From Azolla caroliniana (taxonomy: Eukaryota; Plantae; Polypodiophyta): a stretch of DNA of 64,000 nucleotides. The notes below the pieces were generated by a model, which saw only the letters and a list, made by a program, of their open reading frames with translations, ran no database searches and was not told where the DNA came from. The stretch's first letter is position 1. The number at the start of each line of letters is the position of its first letter. Made by a program: the position numbers and the translations under genes. The DNA lies in the NCBI GenBank assembly GCA_043228905.1, contig JBHGNT010000009.1:1860001-1924000 (forward strand), given 5' to 3'. This document shows, one piece after another, positions 48,070 to 60,805 of the stretch.

Positions 48070-51000
48070 CGGTTCTTCCTTCACGCTTACCTCCCCGTAG
48101 GATCGTTCGACCCGTCAATGGGCCCTTCATCGCGATCTTCGTAGTACGCGTACTTCCGCTGGCCCTTCTTCGGCCGTATGCATGCTCCGCTCTCCGTCGT
48201 ATGCCCGATGTCCTCCGCTTCCTTTGTTCGGCTCCGCCCGTGCCGAACATCGTCCCGTAGTCACGCTTCGATCCGGCCCGCGATGGCCACTTGCGAGACT
48301 CTTGTTCCGTCCCAGGTGTGCCTTTCCGGCCTGACACACCTCCTCGTGTTACCCCTACCGGCTCCATCCGAAACCATAACCGGCAGGTGAGTATCATGAA
48401 CACATGACCATTATGGCGTCACCCGGACTTGAACCTCGAACCTTGTAATCCATACTTGAAAACCTCAACCATTAAGATAGCTTATTGTTATATGAAATAA
48501 TAAAAGCTACTTCTTGTATTACATTGATTATTGTAAAAACTCTAGATTATTCTAGAATGTTCTAGAATGTCCTAGAGCATTCTAGGTCTAGGACATTCTA
48601 GAACATTCTAGAAATCTCTAAGCTATTCTATAGGAACCTATAAATAAGGGCATACATGTATTCTCAAATCAATTCGAATCAAACTGTCAGAACCAAGGAT
48701 AAAAGATAGAGTGATAGAAGAAGGATATTAGAGAACACGAGAAGAAAGGAACGAAATACTAAGAAAAGAATGGATGTATAAGATAGAGAAAGAAAGAGAA
48801 TGAATACAAGATATATAATGAGAGCTAAAGACTGGTGTCATCATGAGTCGGGCTAGTGGGCACTTTATTGACTGGCATAGCGTTGTCGTGGTTTGCTCCA
48901 TTGTTAGAGACCAATTCTCCTCTACTGAGGAATTTATCAACGAATTTAAGGCTTGTTTCGGAGATACTAATGGGGCGAGAACATCTGTCAACAAGATTCG
49001 TACACTTCGTCAAGGTGATCAACCACCTTGAACATATGCTGCCAATTTCCGTGGGTTCCAACCTAGTGTGGGTTCCATTACTTCCAAGCATGTTAGTAGA
49101 GTCTTCTCAGCCCTAGTACAAGTTAGGACACCCAGTTGTCAACTTCAAGTCCAAGCCCTCTTAGATACTGGAGCCAATTCTTGTTTCATAGATAGAGATT
49201 TTGCCCAAAAACACCAAATATCCTTGCATACACTTCCTTGTCCAGTTTCCGTAGTAGTGATTGATTGACGCCCCATAGCTTCCGGGAAGATATTTGAAGA
49301 GTCTGAGCCAATACACATACTCTTGGGTGATTTAGGATGTGTAGTTTCCTTTAACATAATCCGTAGTCCTGACCATCCAATTGTCCTCGGTTTGCCATGG
49401 TTCGAGCTACATAACCCTAGAATCGATTGGAGGAAGCGAGAAATTAGGCGCCCTTTAGCAGAAAATATCATTGTCAAGGATCGAACTCGGGATTATCCTC
49501 CTAAAGTATATAGTTCTACCGATGCACCATATCCTTCTCATCAAATTTCAGCCATAACATTGCAACAATTGTGCCAAGTGGGAGGCAAGGAGGAGCTTTT
49601 CTTATTTGCAGTATTAGTAACACCTTCTAGTGTCACTCAAGGGAATTCAGACATCCAAATTCCCAAAAAATATCAAGACTATGCTGATGTTTTCGACAAA
49701 GTCCAAGCTAGTGTTCTTCCAAAGCATCGGCCGTACGATTGTCCTATTGATCTCCAACCAGGAAAAGAGCCACCGTGGGGTCCGATTTACAATTTATCAC
49801 CCATTGAGCTTGAGGTTCTTCGAGAATACATCGAGGAAAATCTTGCACATGGGTTTATTCGACATTCAAATTCTCCAGCTAGTGCTCCTATCTTTTTTGT
49901 GAAGAAAAAGGACGGCTCCCTTCGTTTGGTCGTGGACTATCGAGGCTTAAATAAAGTCACCATAAGGAATAGGTATGCTTTACCTTTAATCTCCAATCTC
50001 TTAGAACGCATTGGTGGGGCAAAGCATTTTACCAAAATTGATCTAAGGGGTGCATATAATCTTGTTCGAATTCGGCCGGGAGATGAGTGGAAAACAACAT
50101 TTCGTACTCGGTATGGTCATTTCGAGTATACAGTCATGCCTTTCGGGCTCACAAATGCACCTACAGTATTCCAACATATGGCAAATGACATCTTCTGGGA
50201 TTTCTTGGATATTTTTCTAATCATCTACCTAGATGATCTATTGATTTACTCTAAAACACAGGGGGAGCATGATATACATGTGCGGCAAGTACTTGAACGC
50301 CTAAGGAAGTATGGTCTTTATGCCAAACTTGAGAAATGCAGTTTTGATTGTAAACAAGTCGAATTTTTGGGAAACACTATTTCATCCCAGGGTGTTTTCA
50401 TGGACCCGGCAAAAGTCCAAACAATATTGGAATGGAAACCCCCATGCTCAGTTCGGGATGTCTAGTGTTTCCTCGGATTTGCGAACTTCTATCGCAAATT
50501 CATACATAATTATTCAAGCATTGTGTTGCCCCTTACTCAACTCACCAAGAAAAATCAAGCATTTTTTTGGAGTATCGAAGCGGACAAGGCTTTTACGCAA
50601 CTGAAAGAGGCATTCACATCAGCACCCATCCTAGCACATATTGATCCTGAAAAGCCATTTACTATTGAGGCAGATGCATCAGACTTCGCATTGGGGAGTA
50701 TCCTATCGCAACCAGGCGAGGACGGGCAGACACATCCTGTTGCGTTTCACTCGAGAAAATTTATTGTTTCGAAGATAAACTATGAGGTGCATGACAAGGA
50801 GTTACTAGCAGTGGTCGACTCATTCGAGCAATGGCGTCATTTTCTAGAAGGATCACCTCATCAGATTATCATTTATAGTGATCACAAAAATCTCACATAT
50901 TTTCAAACAACTCGAGTATTAAATAGACGCCAAGCTCGGTGGGCCCAATTTCTAACGCGTTTCGATTTCAAGATCATTTTTCGCCCCGGAAAAGAACAAG

Positions 51001-54000
51001 GGAAAGCAGATGCTTTGTCTCGGCATTCGTATCTAGCATTTCGACCTGGAGATCTAGCCTTTAACAATCAAAAGCAAATTCTTCTCGGGCCATCAAAGGT
51101 ACAGGTAACAACAATTTATGCCACGCCACTTGATTCTACCCTTCTTGACACTATTCAGCAACAACTTCATTTGGATGATTTTGCTAAGGATGTCTTAGCC
51201 CACTGTGGTTCAAGTTGTCCATCTTGCTCCACATTGCCAGGGTCATCTCAACAGTATTAGCACTTCCAGTGGCAAGATGGCTTACTCTTCTACAAGAATC
51301 TCCTTTACGTCCCCGACGGATCACCCCGACTTTAAGTGTTGGAACATTGTCATGATGCCCCCATGGCTGGACATTTTGGTATTTCCAAGACCATTGAGCT
51401 GGTGAAACGTTCCTTTTGGTGGCCTCACTTGCAAAAATTTGTCAAAGATTATGTTCGCACTTGTGACACCTGCTGTCGCGCCAAAATACCCCGGCATCAC
51501 CCTTATGGCTTACTACAACCATTACCCCCTCCCAACAAGCCATGGCAGTCTATTTCTATAGATTTCATTACAAATCTGCCACCTTCCAAAGGCTTTGATA
51601 CTATTTTAACAGTAGTGGATCGGTTCACCAAGATGGCACATTTTGTACCATGTGTAAAGACCATCAATAGTAAAGAAACTGCAGATCTCATTATGCGTGA
51701 AGTGTTTTGCCATCATGGTCTCCCGAATGATATTATTAGCGATCGAAGTCCTCAATTTATCTCACACTTTTGGAAGCACCTATGGGCAGGCCTCAAAATC
51801 TCTTGCAAACTCTCTTCGGCTTATCATCCACAAACTGACGGACAAACAGAGCGCACAAATCAAACGCTCAAGCAATATCTTCGATGTTTCATTAGTTATC
51901 AACAAGATGATTGGAGTAATATTTTACATCTTGCCGAGTTTGCATACAACAACACGGTCCACTCTTCTACCAAAGTTACACCTTTCTTTGCCTACACCGG
52001 CAACCACCCTCGATGGTGTATACTGGATCTTCCCGAAGTGTCATGAAACCCTAGTGCGGCGCATCACCTCCACCAACTACAACAAATCCAGTTCGAGTTA
52101 TCGTCCCATCTTCAAAAAGCGCAAGCACACCATAAGACCAATGCCGATCGACATCGTCTTAAGTCTCCATTTAAGGTTGGTGACCGTGTATGGTTGCTTC
52201 GTCGTCACATCAAGACTACCCAACCGTGTGCTAAGCTTGACTATCAACGCTTAGGTCCTTTTGTCATCACGGCGCAGATTAATGATGCAACATTTCGTCT
52301 TAACCTTCCTGCACATATGCGGCTTCACCCTATCTTTCATAGCTCTCTTTTGGAACCTTGCCGCACCTCTTTAATTCCTAATCGTGTCGTGCCACCACCG
52401 CCTTCTGTACAACTTGTGGACGGCCCCGAATACGAGGTAGCTGCTATTCTCGATTCTAAGATTTTGTGCAATAAGCTTTATTATCTAGTGGATTGGCTTG
52501 GTTATCCACCGAGTGATCGCACTTGGGAACCCATCTATAACGTTTGTAATGTTGAAACTCTGGTCAACGACTTCCATCGTCACTATCCAAACAAGCCCCG
52601 CCCAACAATGTTAACGCCAACTTCCACTCGGCATTCTCGAAGGAGGGATAGTGTCATGAACACATGACCATTATGGCGTCACCCGGACTTGAACCTTGAA
52701 CCTTGTAATTCATACTTGAAAACCTCAACCATTAAGATAGCTTTTTGTTATATAAAACAATAAAAGCTACTTCGTGTATTACATTGATTATGTAAAAACT
52801 CTAGATTATTCTAGAATGTTCTAGAATGTCCTAGAGCATTCTAGGTCTAGAACATTCTAGAACATTCTAGAAATCTCTAAGCTATTCTATAGGAACCTAT
52901 TAATAAGGGCATACATGTATTCTCAAATCAATTCGAATCAACACCAGTCTTTAGCTCTCATTATATATCTTGTATCCATTCTCTTTCTTTCTCTATCTTA
53001 TACATCCATTCTTCTCTTAGTATTTCGTTCCTTTCTTCTCGTGTTCTCTAATATCCTTCTTCCATCACTCTATCTTTTATCCTTGGTTCTGACAATGAGG
53101 GTTTCGCACTTCGTCCGCCTGTTTCACCGGCTCCTTTGTCGATGCCGGGTCCCATCCCTTGCCGCCACCTTCCTTCTCCCTCGGTCTTATGTTGCCACGT
53201 TGGCCGAACAGCCGGAGTATCCTGAACCGGTGTGAAGATCCCATAGGACCGGTCTTCGTTTCGTCAATTGCCGAAATCCGGGTGTCTTTTGTTTGAGTCC
53301 CTCCCGGACTCTCCTCGTGTCTTCCGTGTAGTCGGGTCCTGTTTCTCGCCGCCACCAACCTTCTCTCTCGGTCTCATGTTGCCATGTTGGCCGAATTGCC
53401 GGAGTCTCCGGTTAGGTGTGGGGATCCCGTAGGACCGGACTTCCTTACACCCACTCACCTCACCGGAAGGTTTGACATGGTCTGTAGCCGCCTTGTCGGC
53501 CTCATACCTTCTTGCCGTTCGTCACCTCCTATCGTCCGATCACATTCTCCTGCCGCCACCGATCTCCCCTATAGGACTCACGCCGGCACTCGGGCCGACC
53601 GTCGGATCGGTGTGAGTGTCTTCATGGGACCTCCCGTTTTGGCTTCGGTTGCCCGCCTTGCCGCCGCCACCGTTCCTTACTTTAGGTCTCACGCCTCCTC
53701 TTGTCGTTGGCTGCCGGAGTCTCTAGAATCGGTGTGTGCAAGGTCACAGCTGCTCTGATCTGCCTCCGCCATCCTCTTCTGTTGGTCACGTTCACCTGCC
53801 GCCACCGTTCTTTCCTATAGGACTCACGTCGGATCTCGGGCCGACCGCCGGATCGGTGTGAGGATCTCCGTAGACCGCGCATTCGTAGCCCTTTTGCCTT
53901 CGTCCCCTCGCTGCCACCGTTCGTTACTTTAGGCCTCGCGCCGGCTCTCGGGCCGACCGTCGGTTTCTGTGGAACCGGTGTGAAGGATCCTCCTCGGGCT

Positions 54001-56636
54001 TGCCATATCTCTGACCCTTATCCCGGGTCTTCCTTCTTTCGTAAGTGGAGAGGGTGGCTCGCTCCACACCCTCTCCTGTGGTACCGACGTACCGTGTTCC
54101 CGACCTCTTCGTAGGCCTGCTCTCTCCTTCCCTCCCGGAATGGTTTTCCGGAAGTCCGTTCCGCCCGGGTCTCGTCCGGGTCCGTTCGTCATTCTCTGGG
54201 TTGCGGGGTCCCGTTCTCCTGTCACCACCGACCTCTCCTATAGGACTCACGCCGGCACTCAGGCCGACAGCCGGGTCGGTGTGTGGATCTCCGTAGGACC
54301 GGTCTTCGTTCTCCTCTTCATCCCTCGTACTTCTCCCGAACTCGTCGTTGCTCTCCTTCTCGCGTTCTCGCCTCCATCTCCCATCTCCCCAGGTCTTACA
54401 TCGGCGCTCGTTACCGGCTGCCTGAGTCTCCGGATAAGACGCGGTGCTTCCGTCCCGTAACGATTTGTGGATGCTCGTTCGGGGTACCGCTCCCAAGTAC
54501 GTTCGGTGAGAAGCATCTGGTCTGTGATCAACCAAGCCCCGCCTGGGCTTGGTTCTCCAATATCCGTAGTTTCGGTTCTGATGCCGACCTCTCCGGACTC
54601 GTTCCGAACCCTTGACCACTTCCCTTCCAATTCCCGACCTTCGGCCGGTCGGTCTTTCTCCCCATGTAAAAGAGGGCGGCTCGTCCCGCATCCTCTTCCG
54701 TATCGGTACTTTCATGCCGAATCCGGCCCCGATCGAACGATCCACGACCGGATTCTGCTCCATCCGAATCGGAATGCCGATCTTCTCGTGCCGCTTTCGT
54801 CCTTGGCCTCCTCGCAGGCCGTTTCCCATCCCTCTTCGCTGGCATCGTGCCAGGACTCCTCGCCAACGCCTCCCTTCTCTCCGATCTCATGTCGGCACAC
54901 GGGCACGATCGCCGGAGTCTCCGGAATCCGCGTGGAGGGCTCTTCTCTGCTCCCGACCTTGTCCTCAGTCGGCAATTCTCCGCAAGTCGAGAGGGCGTTT
55001 TGTTCCGCACCCTCTCCCATGGTACCGTCGTACCGATCTTCCGCCATCTCGTGGGGCAAGACTGTCTCCTCGGTCTCAGCTTGGGCCTCGATCTTTCCTC
55101 TTCCTTGAGCATCGCCTCGAGACCTGCGTACGCCTCTGCAATCCTAGCCCCAACGCCGACCCTTGCTAGCTCCCTTTGCCGTTCGGCCTCTTCCCGCTAT
55201 GATGGCACGCCGTCGCGCGTCTTCCAGTTAGCCTTCTCGGCTCACTCATTGTCTAGCCGTTGGCACACCCTTCCGACCTTCGACCAATCCTCCGTAAGCC
55301 CATTCGCTCCATCATCGTCTTCAAGCTCCATCCCGATGGCCTCCCGTTCCGCTCGGTCGATCGACCTGACGAACAATAGGACCTTGTCCATCCCCACCAA
55401 ACCTTGTTCCCGCTCCGGGAGCCGAGCAAGCCATCGCTCGAACTCTCGGAATGCCTTCCTCGCGCCCCGGTGGGTCTTTGCCGATGCGACCCACTGGTCG
55501 AAGTCGTGTCGTCCCCGACTCTTCCGCCGTCCTCTGTATGCCTTCAGGAGCGCCTCTTCCAAGGCCTCGCACGAACTATGAGCCTCACGGAGCTCCTTTA
55601 CTTCCGCATGCATCCGGACAACTACGACCCGACAAAAGAACTCCAGCCTCAACGCCTCGTCTACGCCACACTCCTCCATTTCCACGTTGTAGGCTTCCAA
55701 GTAAGATGGGACTTTGTCCCCGTTGAAACGACCGACACTTTCGACCACTCGCCCAACCGCTTGTTGCACTGCTTTTCGCCTCATCACCACTCATGCCGAC
55801 TCCAACACCACTTCGGCCACCATCACCGCGAGGTCGTCGTCTTCCGACTCCATCCTCCCTTGCCGCCCTTCACGTCGGGTTCACCAAATATGTCGCGTTG
55901 CTACGCGCATGCGTGGCGAAAGGCGGGACCACGGGGGTCTTGGACTAGGGAGTGACGGAGCGTAGGAAGTCGTACTTCACCGTTTCTGGGGCATCCCAGA
56001 AGGACACCGGAAGCAACCGAAGGGAGAGAGAGAAAGAGGAGCGTGTGCTTGACACTGACTCACGCACACACAAGCCGACACGACTCACGCCCTTATGCAC
56101 AGGAAACGCAGGAAAGGGGAACACCAAAACACCCGCACAAACACCAGACGCCAACAGAGACATGAATACGCACAGACAGACACAAATGTATATATATATA
56201 TGAATGGAAGAATACATTCCCGGCTTCGTGCCAGACCAAGGTAGGTTACAGCAGTCGTCTGCTGTCAAGCCACCATCGGGGAGCTCTCGGCTCGTCGCGC
56301 CGAGCGGGGTCTTGCAGAGGAGGCCGAGCCGAAGCAAACCCTAAGCAATACACGAGGGGGGGAGAAGAAGAAGAAGTGTAACTAACCCTAAATCTAACGG
56401 TATACCCTCTAACGCAAAATGGGCAAGCCCTCTACAAGGGACCATCCTGTCCTTTTATAGAACAAGGAGAGGGATGCGTTACAATGTGGGATAAATCCTG
56501 ATTTACATGGGATTCTTTGTCCCGACTTGACTCTTATTATTCACACAATTACATGAGGGTGAGTGCACATGGTGCACCCCGCTGATGTAGCCAATATTTC
56601 CCCGGTTTCCACCTCTAGACAAAATTCTTCACGACA
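48070..56636 (-). mobile_element. GC-rich pol-less LTR element Y (related to X): 5' LTR 55891-56636, Trp PBS 55869-55886, gag-like 55242-55852; interrupted by 48392-53094, 3' end lost
   Basis: LTR ends shared with X (GGCGGGACCACGGGGTCTTGGACTAGGGAG; CCCCGGTTTCC...CTTCACGACA); identical PBS; gag-like RFNGDKVPSYLEAY; internal repeats TAGGACTCACGCCGG...GGCCGAC. Confidence 0.8.
48392..53094 (+). mobile_element. Chromovirus family 2, copy B/C: rearranged 5' LTR (48392-48838), gag largely deleted, degenerate pol 49053-52667, 3' LTR 52652-53094
   Basis: TSD GTGAG/ATGAG (48387-48391, 53095-53099); LLDTGAN, YLDD, RNase H, IN and chromodomain motifs with several stops; PPT GAAGGAGGGATAG. Confidence 0.95.
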
Positions 56637-56639
56637 ACG

Positions 56640-59030
56640 TGATACGTGTGAAAGTGAGTAGTGACTGTAGATGTTCAAGAACTTTACGAATGAATGTTGC
56701 AATCGAGAGTGCACATTGTGGTTGTGAGAGAAATTCGTGCAAGGATTGGGCTCGGTCGAAGAGATGTGGAAAGCATGGTCGAATATGATCAAAGGCAGAG
56801 GATTGTATTAAATGTGATACTTAGACTCGCGAACTTGTTTAGGGCAAAGTGTGCAAAGCCGACCACTCTCATCACTTGTACCCCAACTCCCTGTCTCCCA
56901 TCGCAATGCATGTGAGCTAAGTCACATGGAAGCAATGGTTCGAATGACAGATAACGGGATGGGCTCTAACATGTATCGATGTGTACGGTTTCCCCATTCC
57001 GCAAAGAATATGGTTTTGTAGTTAGGTGCAACATGTGTAGCATAATGTGTGAAGCGTGAGCCTCCACATTTGTCCCATGTCATGATACATTGGCGTTGCA
57101 AAAAGGCCTCATTTATAGAGGAATCTAGCGATGCATCATGAAGCAAGTGTCTCACATTCCATCTACCAAACCAATTTTCTATATCTTGCATTCGACCGGA
57201 ACACAAAATTTTTCTTTTATGCATCTTTTGGATATTTTTGGTTGCTTCCCATACAATTCCATACTTAGGTGCAACATGTGTAGCATAATGTGTGAAGCGT
57301 GAGCCTCCATATTTGTCCCATGTCATGATACATTGGCGTTGCAAAAAGGCCTCATTTATAGAGGAATCTAGTGATGCAACATGAAGCAAGTGTCTCACAT
57401 CCCATTTACCAAACCAATTATCTATATCTTGCATCCAACTAGAACACAAAAATTTGCTTTTATGCATCCATTGGATCTTTTTGGTTGCTTCCCATGCAAT
57501 TCTAGGAAGTCAATGTGAGGGACTTTTTTGAACCTTAAGCATGTATTCAACAACCCTTTCCATGGCCATGATCTCAATGGGAAGTGATCCCATCTCAAGG
57601 AGGAGGAGGGTGTAGGGCGTTTATTTCTTAACTTGTAGAAACTTTGTAAGAAAATGTTTTTGGACATTTTCAAACTCTTTCCACATAGATTTAAGGATGC
57701 TATCACCCCATACTTCCACCCCATAGAGAAGAACCGGTGTTACCAAACTGTCGAAAATATATTTCTTGAGGACCCAACACTTAAAATCTCCAAGATTGCA
57801 TGTGTTCTCAAATGCATAGTATGCTCGCTTACCCACCTCTAAGTGGCGTTTAGCATCTATGATTTGAAGGAACTTCAAGGCGAAGATATTTGAAGCTTGC
57901 CACACATCCAAGTGGCTCATTGTTGTACATAATGCATGGTTTATCTCTTTTTTAGCTCTTCACAAGGATAATCTTTGTTTTAGAGCTATTGACACTTAAT
58001 TTAGTATGCATGCAAATTTTTTTCCAATGCCTTCATAAGTTTTTGTGCATCTCCTAAAGTATTTGCAAAAAGCACTACATCATCCACATATAGCAAAAGC
58101 ATAATCACAACAATGCCAATGGCAACTTCTTCAACACATTCTTCCTTTGCAAACTTGGTAACCATTTCTTCCAATTCATCAATGCATAGACCAAATAGTG
58201 TTGGTGAGAGTGGGCATCCTTGCTTAACACCAATAGTGCTATTGAAAAGATCTGAGTGTTTATCTCTCTCACACACACAACATATAACCTTCTCATAAAT
58301 TCGGGAAATTGCAAGCATATATTCACTTGGCACCTCAAGTTCTTCCATTTGCCTCCAAAGATGTTCACGAGGTACCATATCAAAAGCTTTCTTGAAGTCT
58401 AAAAAGAAACAATATAAACCTTTACCTCTAAGGTGACTTTCCTCCATTAATACTTGAAGGGTGACAAGGTGATCAATGGTGCTATGGTGTTTTCGAAAGC
58501 CAGCTTGTCCATAAGCTCTCTTACCATTTTTTTCAGCCCATACACTTATCTTTGATTCCATTATACATCCAAATAGTTTTGCCATTAATGAGCCAACCGT
58601 GATGGTTCAATAGTTGTTTACATTATCTACATCTCAACCTTTATGTAAAGGTTTGTTCCAATTTGTAGTCCAATCGTACAACATATTGTGTTCCAGTGCA
58701 TCAGTAAACATATCGCTTATCCATACATATGCTTCCTTTCATGTCCATTTGAGCATTTTCAACCTTTATACATTGAAGATTGCTTGCCTTTCGAGAGGCC
58801 AATTTCTTAAGTCCTATGCATATATCGTCAACTGTAAAGAAGGGAGACATATGTGAAAGAGAACCATAACACATCATCTTTCTGGCAAGAGATAACTCAT
58901 ATAAATTCTTATAATGCATAGACAAGTCGTGAAGGGTTAAGTCACCATAACTCTCAACACGTTTCCCTTTTAGATTTCCCCAAAATTTAGCACATGCATG
59001 TGCTTTCTCTTGCGTTTGGATACAAGAATT
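56640..59030 (-). mobile_element. Degenerate non-LTR retrotransposon (RTE/RTEX-like RT), 5'-truncated
   Basis: QAGFRKHHSTIDH, DFKKAFDMV, GVKQGCPLSPTLF, LLYVDD, LLYGVEVWG and C-terminal RLCTLCP; frameshifted. The clade call is tentative. Confidence 0.85.
57022..57502. repeat. 243-bp in-frame tandem duplication within the LINE ORF
   Basis: TTAGGTGCAACATGTGTAGC occurs at 57022 and 57265; the peptide is duplicated in ORF 56922-57467. Confidence 0.9.
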
Positions 59031-59154
59031 TAGTGAGAGAGAGAGAGAAAGAAAAGAAGACAACGAGAAGAAGAAGAAGAACAAAGGAGGAAGAGAAGAG
59101 AGAGTAAGGAGACGAAGGAGACGAAGGAGAGAGATAGAGTGATAGAGACGCCTT

Positions 59155-59186
<32 letters not shown>

Positions 59187-60805
59187 AAGAAGAAGAAGAA
59201 GAAGAGGCGGCGGCGGAGGCGGAGGAGGAGGCTTGGCTACATCAACATAATTGGGAGAGTGTTGTAACATTTTTCTTCTACAAACAGTTCGGATGTCATA
59301 TTGTCAATTCCAAGTTAATTATCGTTTTATTATTTTCCTTTTTTGTTATAATTGGAACGTAGAATCTATAGAAGAGATGGATACATGTATAAATGCAAGA
59401 CAAATAGAGAGCCAACGGGAAGAAGGAGAAGATGATGTTCTTGTGAAGAAACAAAAGATTGGAACTAATAATATGCATGAGGAGGATATAGATATGATAT
59501 CAAAACCATCCTATGCACATGTTATGGGAGAAGGTGGGGAGAAGAGGAATGATCATTACTGGGAAGTTATGCATGTAGTTGCTAATGAAACACTCCATGA
59601 GATTTTACCGGATGCTATAGAGATGGTGGCCAACATAAAAGAGGATGAGATCGTAGATGTGGAGATGCCGCGTAAGGAAATTTTAAAGGCGTTTTCCATA
59701 TTTAATGAGAGAGGCATTATTTGCTTCTTTACGGGAAAAAATCATTTGGTATGTTGGGTGGCGCAATGGTTAAATGCAATGGTAGGTAGGAACACGTGGA
59801 AGATGTGTACAAAGGTCCGCGAGGTTTTTTTGAGGTTGTGTTTCGAACCGAAGAACAACGAGATAGATTATTATCACGTGTGCCGGTCTTTTATAATAAT
59901 AATTTAGTCTATATTGTCCCTTGCCGGCCACTAGCTGAATTTCAAGAAATTTTAAAACAAGAGTGTCCAATATGGGTGGAAGTAGAGTGTAAATTTTCTT
60001 TTTTGTGGCCTATAATTCAAGGTATAATGGAACAATTGGGAAATGTGATAGTAGCCCCAAATGCCAAAGCATATAATAGATATAAGTTATGTATGCTATG
60101 GAGTACAACTAAAAAAAGACCTTTGTGGCTAAACATAAAGACTGAGGAGATGAGGTCATTTCGTTGCCAATTGCATTGGGGATCATTTGTTGGTCATTGC
60201 TTCCAATGTGGTGGTTTGGGCCATTTCATGGCAGAATGTCAACAAACACCATTAGTAGAGATGACTAATACTTCCCATGGTGATGTGTTAATTCCAAAGT
60301 ATATCACAAATGATAATGAGGTGTCGAAAACTAAGGAAGCAAATGTCGACAAAGGTAAAGATGTCACTATTTTGGAACATAAAGACAAATATATTGAAGA
60401 AAGACGAGACGACTTAATAGATGATGATGGATCTTGGATTAAGGTGGTCTCTAAGGTCAATCATCCAAGGTACCAAAAAGAGAAGGTTCATGAACATCAT
60501 GGCCAAGAGAGGGGTAGTTCCTCTAAAGATCCTATGGGGATGTCTTATGCACCTAATTATGATCAATTGAAAAGAAGGTCAAAACCGTGGCAAGGTTCAC
60601 CATATCAACAATCTAATCATGGGGACAAAACCTTTCAACCTTAGGTTTGATAAGAATGGTAAAAAATCAATTTACCATTAGAGAAACAAAATTGGAAAAG
60701 AAATAGTTCACATGGTACAATGATATCCACCAATAGACATAAACCATCTGTGCAAAATGCATTTGTAGTCTTAAGTGATTATTTCGGGGATATACCCAAG
60801 ATATT
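59031..60805 (+). mobile_element. L1-type LINE 5' part: purine-rich (GAA)n 5' UTR and frameshifted ORF1 (DUF4283-like plus CCHC), cut by chromovirus copy D
   Basis: KPSYAHV, GFFEVVFRTEEQRDRLL, CPIWVEV and the knuckle CFQCGGLGHFMAEC. Confidence 0.8.

Noticed and set aside
43446-56337. Many overlapping Arg/Pro/Ser-rich ORFs on both strands
   Set aside because: Expected from stop-poor GC-rich TE sequence; only the gag-like frames have support from homology between X and Y.
42817-56640. X and Y as the two ends of one 13.8-kb element with TSD GCGT/ACGT
   Set aside because: The LTR middles and lengths differ strongly, each has its own PBS and gag, and a 3/4 match is weak evidence.
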